Shown: piece by piece, positions 54,156-61,880 of the stretch
Position numbering within the stretch: position 1 is the first letter of the stretch
Layout: the number at the start of each line of letters is the position of its first letter
DNA from: a virus
DNA: 64,000 nucleotides
Virus record (IMG/VR): IMGVR_UViG_3300044707_000932
Span: 35,073-99,072 of that record
Reading direction: 5' to 3' (one strand)
The notes under the pieces: generated by a model
Database searches by the model: none
The model's input: the letters and a program-made list of their open reading frames with translations, nothing else
What the model was told of the DNA's origin: nothing
Translations under genes and position numbers: made by a program

Positions 54156-54866
54156 TTATAATTTTTTATAAGGTGTTTTATTTCTGATTTTATTTGTTGT
54201 CTTCATGACATTTGTCATATTAACTTTATGGTCATTAATCGGATTAGATTCGTTGTAAATGTATAAAATATCTGTCAAAAATCTATAATGTTCCTCTCCT
54301 GACATTTCAAACATAGGAAACATAAATGCCAAGTCGCCGGCAACACTCCAAAAATTACCATCTTCATCTTTCAAATCAGAATCTTCAATTTTCTTCCACA
54401 GCCATGATTTCCATGTTCTCATATGTGAAAGAGTAAATGTTTGTTTTCTAACATCTGAAAATTGTTGTGGTGGTTTGGCAAATCCTGGCCTACCATCGTG
54501 ATACTTGAAAGAACCACTTGTCATCCAAACATTTGGGTCTTTGTAAATTTCATTAATAGTACTAAAAACGTTTGAGTTAGGTAACCAGTCATCACCATCA
54601 ACTTCAACACAAATTTCATCACCATCCAAACCTCTCCATCTTATTATTTGGTCATAGTTACCTGGTTGATGTAACTTACAGTGATTTTCAATTAACACAA
54701 ATCTATCATCCCCTTGAATAGTTTTTTTCACAATATCGACAGTTTTATCTGTAGACATATCGTCAGTTATAAAACATTTGAAATCTTTGAATCTCTGGCT
54801 CATTATAGACAATAATGACCTCTCGACGAAATTTTCACAGTTATATGTTGTAGTAAGAATTGTCAC
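54156..54866 (-). CDS. GT2-family glycosyltransferase
   Basis: TTYN, DDMSTD, VDGDDWL, DL..MFPMFE. Confidence 0.88.
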   Translation of the reverse strand: MTILTTTYNCENFVERSLLSIMSQRFKDFKCFITDDMSTDKTVDIVKKTIQGDDRFVLIENHCKLHQPGNYDQIIRWRGLDGDEICVEVDGDDWLPNSNVFSTINEIYKDPNVWMTSGSFKYHDGRPGFAKPPQQFSDVRKQTFTLSHMRTWKSWLWKKIEDSDLKDEDGNFWSVAGDLAFMFPMFEMSGEEHYRFLTDILYIYNESNPINDHKVNMTNVMKTTNKIRNKTPYKKL

Positions 54867-56491
54867 GATAGTATTTTTATATATTCTTCTTTTATTTGTT
54901 TTGCTACTTTATCTGCGTGATATTTTTCCAAATCTGTGGGAGGTTCAAATTTTTGTTTTTCAATAATTCTACCCAAAGAATCAACTTTGAATATCCAACC
55001 AGGTTTACCACATAGCCATCCTTCAATTGTTGTACGACCTAATTGAATTCCAGCAGTTTCCTTACATTCTCTAATGTATTTTTCAACATCCCAAGTTGGA
55101 GGAAAATATTTCACATTTTCATACGATTTCAAAACGTCCAAGTAATTTCCTTTATTTTCACCCACAACCCATAACTCCATTCCATTTTCTTTAGTATATT
55201 CAATCAATTCTAATAAAGTTTCTCTTCTAAGATAGTCCAATGTTCCCACAAACAAAAGATAGTTTTTTTCTTCTTTAGCTATCTTAGAAAATTTGGTTTG
55301 GTCAACGGGATTATAAATTACTGAGATATTTGATTCGGGTATGTCGAAGTTGGTTTCTAAGTGTTCTTGTATCTCAGGTCTGATAGCAATGTATCTTTTT
55401 ATAGAATCGTGAATTACAGGGTTTTCTAATTCAATTACTTCTGAATGAATAGAACAAATTTTATCTATTTCAGGAAAAAATTGTAGAATTCTTTCTGTGA
55501 CTGGTTTATGTTGAATGTGTATAATATCGAAATCAGGTTCAAAGATTTTGTACATTGTGTTAGGCGTGGACTTAATTTTTCCTTGAGGAGAATCGAATTC
55601 CCAAACACCATCACCGAGTTTGAAACCGGGGGTTTCTTCAAATGAAAGTACTCTTATTCCATTCTTCCTTGCCAAATCAGTTAGGGGACCTCCGATTTGA
55701 GATAGGACAGTAACACTACAATTTAACTTCATCAAGTTTTTAGCCAACTCATACACATAAAGTTCCGACCCTGTAAATGTTCTGAAAAAAAGACATGAAA
55801 TTAGGACCTTCAATCTGTCAGTTTCTTTTATTTTTACTTTTATTGGAAAGTTGTTTTTATATTTTTCAACGAATAGTTTTCTATTGTCTTCCCATTGTTG
55901 GTTAGTCATCCCAATAGATTTGTGAGTGATTCTAATGTTTGTAATCACCCCTATCTTAACACCATTCAAGTAATTTTCAACACAGAATGGTAAGTCATAA
56001 AAATGGAACCCTGAAAAATCTTCAACGAAATTATTTTTGATTTTAGTTTTATCAACAGCAATAAAAACTCCGTCAACTAAGACAGTCTCTTTAATCTTAT
56101 TACCAAACTCTTCTGAATATTTTGAAGTCCATTTTTTTCCACCACTTTCGTGATTTACAACTCCAATCATTTTGTTTCTTTTTTCCCACCATTGACCACT
56201 ATTTGGTAAGATTGTAGTACCCGCTAAACCGATGATTCCATAATTTTCATTTTCAAAGTGTTTAACTAATTTGTAGTACCAACTTGTTGTATCGAAATAA
56301 ATGTCATCGTGAATGAACAAAACTAAATTTGTTTTAGATTCTGAAAGAATTTCGTTGTAAACTTGTGATAAGGATTTATCCCCGTTGTTTATTTTTTCTA
56401 TGACTTCTAATTTCTTGTACCCTGAACTTTTTTTCAAGTATTCAATGAATTCAGGTTTTGTACTTCTTGTTGAGTATCCTACAGTTAACAT
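54863..56491 (-). CDS. bifunctional glycosyltransferase (GT-A + GT-B domains)
   Basis: LFIHDDI..VDGVF..FHFYD N-half; TGSELYVYELA..GRTTIEG C-half. Confidence 0.82.
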   Translation of the reverse strand: MLTVGYSTRSTKPEFIEYLKKSSGYKKLEVIEKINNGDKSLSQVYNEILSESKTNLVLFIHDDIYFDTTSWYYKLVKHFENENYGIIGLAGTTILPNSGQWWEKRNKMIGVVNHESGGKKWTSKYSEEFGNKIKETVLVDGVFIAVDKTKIKNNFVEDFSGFHFYDLPFCVENYLNGVKIGVITNIRITHKSIGMTNQQWEDNRKLFVEKYKNNFPIKVKIKETDRLKVLISCLFFRTFTGSELYVYELAKNLMKLNCSVTVLSQIGGPLTDLARKNGIRVLSFEETPGFKLGDGVWEFDSPQGKIKSTPNTMYKIFEPDFDIIHIQHKPVTERILQFFPEIDKICSIHSEVIELENPVIHDSIKRYIAIRPEIQEHLETNFDIPESNISVIYNPVDQTKFSKIAKEEKNYLLFVGTLDYLRRETLLELIEYTKENGMELWVVGENKGNYLDVLKSYENVKYFPPTWDVEKYIRECKETAGIQLGRTTIEGWLCGKPGWIFKVDSLGRIIEKQKFEPPTDLEKYHADKVAKQIKEEYIKILS

Positions 56492-56661
56492 TAATTTAAT
56501 TTTTTTTCTTTAGCTTCTTTGATGATTTGGTGAGGAGTTTTTTCAGGATTGGTTTTTGATATTTTAATACATTCCAAAATAAACTCAGCTAAAATATGTT
56601 TTTTTTCTAATTTTTTAATTAGTTCTATCAAGGTGTCAAGGTTTTCGTAGAATTTTCCCAT
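56491..56661 (-). CDS. small hypothetical protein (56 aa, MGKFYENLD...KEKKLN)
   Basis: Hand-translated; TAATG coupling to the next gene. Confidence 0.6.
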   Translation of the reverse strand: MGKFYENLDTLIELIKKLEKKHILAEFILECIKISKTNPEKTPHQIIKEAKEKKLN

Positions 56662-56670
56662 AAAAATAAT

Positions 56671-57279
56671 TTAAATACCCGTACTACCAAAACCATTGTC
56701 CCCTCGGTCAGTTTCTTCGAGCTCATCGACATTGATGAATTCTACATTCTTACCGTTGACTACAGGACACAAAACCCCTTGAGCGATTTTCATCCCTTTT
56801 TTTATTATAATAGGATGAGGGTTAGCATTGAAGATTGGTACTTTAATTTCCCCTGAATAACCTTGGTCTACAGTACCAGGGGAGTTTAAAACCATGATAC
56901 CTTGATTTATTGCTAAACCACTTTTGGTCCTTACTTGAATCTCATAACCTTCGTCAAATCTGAAAGATAATCCTGTTGGGATTAGATGCCTTCCGAATGG
57001 TGGTATTTCTACTTCGATTGTTGAATAAAAATCAAAACCGGAGTCGGAAGGATAGTTGTAAGATGGTAGAATGGCATCTTGGTTAACCTTTTTAACACGA
57101 ATTTCCTTAGTATTGAGATATGAATAAAACTCTTGGTCTAACTTTTCAGGGTCTGAATCCATTAGACGCATCAACTCAGAATCAGATTCTATTTCAGCAT
57201 TAGTCTCTTCCTTTAGTTTGTTCAAAAGTTCAATAATTTCATCTAAGGATAAATCCTCATTTTCTTGTTCGTTGTTCAT
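56671..57279 (-). CDS. dut: trimeric dUTPase with acidic N-terminal extension
   Basis: SGFD, RTKSGLA, GTVDQGYSGE, IAQ, RGDNGFGSTG. Confidence 0.95.
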   Translation of the reverse strand: MNNEQENEDLSLDEIIELLNKLKEETNAEIESDSELMRLMDSDPEKLDQEFYSYLNTKEIRVKKVNQDAILPSYNYPSDSGFDFYSTIEVEIPPFGRHLIPTGLSFRFDEGYEIQVRTKSGLAINQGIMVLNSPGTVDQGYSGEIKVPIFNANPHPIIIKKGMKIAQGVLCPVVNGKNVEFINVDELEETDRGDNGFGSTGI

Positions 57280-57977
57280 TTTAATTGATATAATTTTTTT
57301 ATTACTTCTATTAATTGAGTTACATCTTTTTCACAATATTTGACAATACCTTCGATATCATTTTTCACCCAAAACGCCTGATGAACTTTATTTCCTGTAA
57401 CCTCCATATTTTTTGAAGATTCAACACCTAAACATACACACATCAATTCTAAAGATGCGAATTGACCATATCCACCGTATTGCCATAAATCTTTAGTATC
57501 GAGAGCTTTAACTTCCCAAGGTTTAACATCATGACCCGGTAATAGTTTTGGAGGAAGTAGTCCATTTATTATCATTCTTTTAGCTAACGTAGGGATATCA
57601 AAACCTCTAACATTGTGTCCACATAAATAAAAACCTAACTCTCCAGACCTATACAATAATTTTTGAACATCGGTTAAAAGTTTTTTTTCGTCGTTACTAT
57701 GGAACGATTGTATTTTTATTTGACCCCCATCTAAAACAAACGCTGCGCTAACACAAACAATTTTCAAAAATTCAGGGACCAAAGCCGCTCTGTTAACAAA
57801 AAGTTGCTCCACAGGTGTTTCTGATTCCTCGGGAAATCTTTTTCTTAAATTGTCTTGTATGTGTTCAAATTGAAAAGATAACTCAGGTTTGTTTTTTTTA
57901 AAACTCTCCCAATCAGGTTCACAACCAACTGTTTCGATATCAAGGAATAACAATCTGTTTATAGGGAGATTAATCAT
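57276..57977 (-). CDS. 3'-5' exonuclease (DEDD, PolB-exo-like)
   Basis: FLDIET, GHNVRGFDIP, YCEKDV. Confidence 0.88.
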   Translation of the reverse strand: MINLPINRLLFLDIETVGCEPDWESFKKNKPELSFQFEHIQDNLRKRFPEESETPVEQLFVNRAALVPEFLKIVCVSAAFVLDGGQIKIQSFHSNDEKKLLTDVQKLLYRSGELGFYLCGHNVRGFDIPTLAKRMIINGLLPPKLLPGHDVKPWEVKALDTKDLWQYGGYGQFASLELMCVCLGVESSKNMEVTGNKVHQAFWVKNDIEGIVKYCEKDVTQLIEVIKKLYQLK

Positions 57978-59185
57978 AAAATTGATTTATAAAATTCAGC
58001 TCTCGATTTTGTAACGGTATTCAAATCATACTTATCTTTGACTGTTTCGTATAGTCTTTCACCCATATCTTTAGCCATATTCGGATTACTGAGTAACTTC
58101 TCAATAAACTTAGCCCAATCAGAATGATTTCTATTTTCGTTTACCAATAAAGCATTACCATCGACAAATTTACCATTTTCTAAACAATGTTTCAAATCTA
58201 ATGTATATGGTCCAATATCACTGGCAATTATTGCTTTTTTATAAAATCCAGCTTCAATAACTTTCAGTTGTGATTTTACTCTGTTGAAAATTACATTTTT
58301 GATTGGTGCCAAAGATACATCAAATTTAGAATAGTTCTTAGCATATGTTTGAATTGGTTTTGTCCAAACACGAACATATGATTCGTTTACTTCGTTGGGG
58401 TATACCTCTTGGTTATAATTCAGAAGATATTTTTTATATTCTTCGGAGACGATTGAGTATTTTTGGGTGAAGATTTCTTCGTATCGGGCCCAAACAGTTT
58501 CACTTGGTAAGATGTTTCTTTTTTTGTGTTCTCCTGTTTGTTGATTTATTTCTGTAATGGTACCTCTTGTGTCAAAACCACAAAGAACAAACTGTAAATT
58601 ATCCATCTTGGAACCCAATTTACTAAACGATTGGTCCAACAATTGTATATCGTGTAAGTGCGAGGAACCTCCTAACCAACCAACTCTTAGTCTGTCAGAT
58701 TGTGAGGTTGGTTCGTTAAATTGAGCTTCTTTAGGATTAATTGCGTTAGGAAAAATATAAACGTTCTTATTTAATTTTTTTATTTCATCAGCAAAAATAG
58801 ATGTTGTTGTAGTAACATACTCTGAAGCTCTTAGATTCGAAGTAATCTTTTCATCAATTTTATTGAACTTGATGATATCATGAATTGGGTGTTCTTTTCC
58901 TGGCATCCAATAATCATCGATATCACAAACAGTTTTAATTCCCATATTTTTCAATTGGTGAATTAATTGATTGGCTCTGTCAAAATCAGGACCTAAACTT
59001 CTGTGAAATGAAACGATTTGATATTTTTTATAAAATTCTAAATTGTCATATGGAACATCATAGACGATGTCTATGTAAAAATCATCACCATAAAGTGATT
59101 GAAGAAAAACGTGAGGGTCTAAGGACCTGAATTTACCAACACCTGTTCTGTCAGATGGGACAACTAATAAATTAATTTTGGACAT
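57974..59185 (-). CDS. GT-B glycosyltransferase
   Basis: DIDDYW, VGWLGGSSH, DVSLAP..FNRVKSQLKVIEAG..IIASD..PY. Confidence 0.85.
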   Translation of the reverse strand: MSKINLLVVPSDRTGVGKFRSLDPHVFLQSLYGDDFYIDIVYDVPYDNLEFYKKYQIVSFHRSLGPDFDRANQLIHQLKNMGIKTVCDIDDYWMPGKEHPIHDIIKFNKIDEKITSNLRASEYVTTTTSIFADEIKKLNKNVYIFPNAINPKEAQFNEPTSQSDRLRVGWLGGSSHLHDIQLLDQSFSKLGSKMDNLQFVLCGFDTRGTITEINQQTGEHKKRNILPSETVWARYEEIFTQKYSIVSEEYKKYLLNYNQEVYPNEVNESYVRVWTKPIQTYAKNYSKFDVSLAPIKNVIFNRVKSQLKVIEAGFYKKAIIASDIGPYTLDLKHCLENGKFVDGNALLVNENRNHSDWAKFIEKLLSNPNMAKDMGERLYETVKDKYDLNTVTKSRAEFYKSIL

Positions 59186-59236
59186 AATTTTGATATATTT
59201 CCAAAATATAACTCTTTAGTCGGAATAAAAAAAGCT

Positions 59237-59848
59237 TTAGCTCAACTTTTTGATTTTAGTAACCTTACCTTCGAAAAGATGTTTACCTACTCTGAAACTG
59301 AACGTTTCGTTAGATTTTTCAGTACTTTCTACAATAACACCGTTTTCACGTAGAATATTCTCAACAGCTTCATTTACAATTTCTTTTATGATGTTGTAGT
59401 CTATGGTTTGGTTGTTACTTACAGGTGATTTAGTTTTTGTTGGTTTGGCGGATTCAGGAATATAATTGTTTGTCTGACCCTTCATAAGTCTCGACGCTTT
59501 TTCAATCAAGTCATCGGAAATGGTCATTTGTTGTTGTTGAGGTTGTGATATAGGATGTTCTATCATCAATTTTTTTATCTCATCGGGTAGTTTAGACTTT
59601 TGGATTGCCTCTAAAGTTGGTACACCAACAGGTTTAGTATTTTCTCTTGGTGAACTCATAAGAGGACTAGCTGAGTTTGGTTGCTCGGATAAAAACTCTG
59701 ATGGAATGTTATATTTTGCTTGTGGGAGGTCGAAAGACTGTATCTCAGGGCTTTGGTTTGTAGAAGGTGACGCAGTACCTCTCTGTATACCATTATGTTT
59801 ATCCATAATTTGTTTAGAAATCATTAGTTTTTGTAAAAGTTGGTCCAT
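59237..59848 (-). CDS. hypothetical protein
   Basis: 203 aa. Confidence 0.8.
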   Translation of the reverse strand: MDQLLQKLMISKQIMDKHNGIQRGTASPSTNQSPEIQSFDLPQAKYNIPSEFLSEQPNSASPLMSSPRENTKPVGVPTLEAIQKSKLPDEIKKLMIEHPISQPQQQQMTISDDLIEKASRLMKGQTNNYIPESAKPTKTKSPVSNNQTIDYNIIKEIVNEAVENILRENGVIVESTEKSNETFSFRVGKHLFEGKVTKIKKLS

Positions 59849-59851
59849 AAA

Positions 59852-60232
59852 TCAGAATTTTGAATTAATAATAATTGAAACCATAGATTTGTCACCATTA
59901 ATATTATATCCTGGTTTCATTTGAGTGAAGACTTCTCCTGTAGGTTTAATAGATGCTATCTTGTTAATATTGAATAAACGCCATCCGGGTAATGGTTGTT
60001 CACCCTTGTATGCTGTGTGTGAAGCACCCTCATTATCCCAAGCTCTTAATACTGTATTTCCAGCCGTACTAACACCCAAACATACAGGTTCGATTTCTCG
60101 CAAACCTCTACCACCTGGTTCATCGCCCTCATAATAGATTATACATATCTTTTTATTTTTTATACAATCTATTAAATCCTCTCGACCGGCAATTTCAGTA
60201 ATTAACTCTTTAAGTATGTTTTTTAGTTTCAT
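59852..60232 (-). CDS. stand-alone WYL-domain protein
   Basis: I.Y..REIEP..LG..LRAW..WRLFNINKI pattern. Confidence 0.7.
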   Translation of the reverse strand: MKLKNILKELITEIAGREDLIDCIKNKKICIIYYEGDEPGGRGLREIEPVCLGVSTAGNTVLRAWDNEGASHTAYKGEQPLPGWRLFNINKIASIKPTGEVFTQMKPGYNINGDKSMVSIIINSKF

Positions 60233-60534
60233 ACTGTTGGTATCGGGAAGTTTGGATATTTCCTATCTATATTGAATTTATTGATGACAATTTCTCTTCT
60301 TCTTTCTGTAACATCCTCAATTGTACCGGCAGCACTATTGTAGACATCAAGAAAAACTCCCGTACCTCTTCCCAGACTGTCGCCGTCGGCTAACGCATCT
60401 TGGTTAGTCGCTGAGTATGGATTACCCACTCCGTTATAGTCATTACGTGGAATTAATCTAGACCTTTCTTGGTCGGCAATCGCCGTCAGTGCGTTTGGTA
60501 TATTTTGTGATAAATCAACAGGTAATTGTTCCAT
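60229..60534 (-). CDS. hypothetical protein
   Basis: 101 aa; ATGA-coupled to the WYL gene. Confidence 0.8.
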   Translation of the reverse strand: MEQLPVDLSQNIPNALTAIADQERSRLIPRNDYNGVGNPYSATNQDALADGDSLGRGTGVFLDVYNSAAGTIEDVTERRREIVINKFNIDRKYPNFPIPTV

Positions 60535-60538
60535 AGTT

Positions 60539-61006
60539 TTATTTTTTTGATATTAATTGGTTTATTCTTTTTAAGGCTTCCGTAACCGCGGTATCATACT
60601 TTTGTAGAGTAGATTTATGTTTCTGCGATGGTCTTACATTTGTGAAATCTTTTTTCTCATGTGGTTTTATAAATTGATTAGACATTCCTGTTTCCATCTT
60701 ATTTCTTTTTGTAATGTGTAACCCATCTCTCATTCTTCTCAAAGTATCTTCAACCCAGTTTTTCATTTCAAAACCTCCGTTGAGAATGAATTCTTTATCT
60801 TTTTGATTTCCTTTGAAATTATCAAAAAAGTTTTTGATTCTTTTCAATTGTTTATAGGTAATAAAATTTTTATTCTGAAGTTCTTGGTTTCTTTTATAAC
60901 CTTCAGACCTTTTATCTTTATCCTTCATTTTGAGAAATGAAATCTTAAGATGTTTTCTCAAATGGTCGGGTAACTCAACTTCACTATCGTATAAATCTTT
61001 ATTCAC
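60539..61006 (-). CDS. hypothetical basic protein
   Basis: 155 aa. Confidence 0.8.
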   Translation of the reverse strand: MNKDLYDSEVELPDHLRKHLKISFLKMKDKDKRSEGYKRNQELQNKNFITYKQLKRIKNFFDNFKGNQKDKEFILNGGFEMKNWVEDTLRRMRDGLHITKRNKMETGMSNQFIKPHEKKDFTNVRPSQKHKSTLQKYDTAVTEALKRINQLISKK

Positions 61007-61829
61007 TCTTCAACATTTTTAGGATGTCCTTTTTTGTAAGACCACCATCCTCAGCTTTTTTTATAATTTTATTGATTTGTTTTTTTATCAAATTATTAAA
61101 ATCTTTGGTTTTGTTTTTCACATCTCTCAAATCAGAATCGAACTTTCTTTTACCAATTTCTGAGTTGTCTCTGTTCTTGTTTTTCATTAACATATCCTCA
61201 ACCATCTTTATAGCTTTTTGTTTTTGAATTTCACTTATTGTGATTTTCAATTGAGCACCTTTTTTTGGTTTTTTTGACTTAAACGGGTTTTTACCCTGTT
61301 GTCTTACTCTTTCTTCAGCGTCAGAGGGTTCTAAGTCCAAATTATTGATAAAAAATTTGTATGCTTTTGGACCTGTCATTCCTGATGTCTCCGCGTAACC
61401 AAAAGCATTGGACATGTCAACTTCTTTAACCTCTTCAACCGATTCACCATAATAAGTTCTATATCCTCGAGCAATTGGGTCGTTTGTAATTCTTGCGGCT
61501 GCTACAGTTTGGTCCATAGTTTTTTTCGGGTGTAAACGTGGGTCCAAGATTGGAATTTTTGAATTCGACATTGCCCCATCCGTATTTACAAGTTCCTCGA
61601 TTTCCCCTTTAACGTCTTTGGTTGTTTTTGCCTTTTTTGATTTCAAAATTTTTTCCAATTTATTTTTCAATTGTTTTAATTTTGATTTAGGTATTTTAAC
61701 CATCTCATCTTTTTTCTTTGCTTCCGTCAAAGAATTCTCTACAGAGAAATATAAATGATACTCTTTCCCCTTATCACGTAAGAAAAAATAATAAGGGTGA
61801 GAATAAAATTCAGTATCTATGTTAATCAT
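60999..61829 (-). CDS. hypothetical basic protein
   Basis: Start moved to ATG 61829, downstream of TATTTATA (61851-61844). Confidence 0.8.
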   Translation of the reverse strand: MINIDTEFYSHPYYFFLRDKGKEYHLYFSVENSLTEAKKKDEMVKIPKSKLKQLKNKLEKILKSKKAKTTKDVKGEIEELVNTDGAMSNSKIPILDPRLHPKKTMDQTVAAARITNDPIARGYRTYYGESVEEVKEVDMSNAFGYAETSGMTGPKAYKFFINNLDLEPSDAEERVRQQGKNPFKSKKPKKGAQLKITISEIQKQKAIKMVEDMLMKNKNRDNSEIGKRKFDSDLRDVKNKTKDFNNLIKKQINKIIKKAEDGGLTKKDILKMLKSE

Positions 61830-61880
61830 GTTTCTTTTTAATCTATAAATACTCGCAGATAAGGTATTTATCATTAGTTT

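Noticed and set aside
44239-59185. DNA hypermodification as the main role of the GTs
   Set aside because: Not excluded, but no base hydroxymethylase or similar enzyme is in the window, and GT10/GT11/FkbM/TylF types point to oligosaccharide synthesis
59201-59211. Host-type promoter for the glycan operon
   Set aside because: TATATTTTG has one extra base relative to TAnnTTTG; not called
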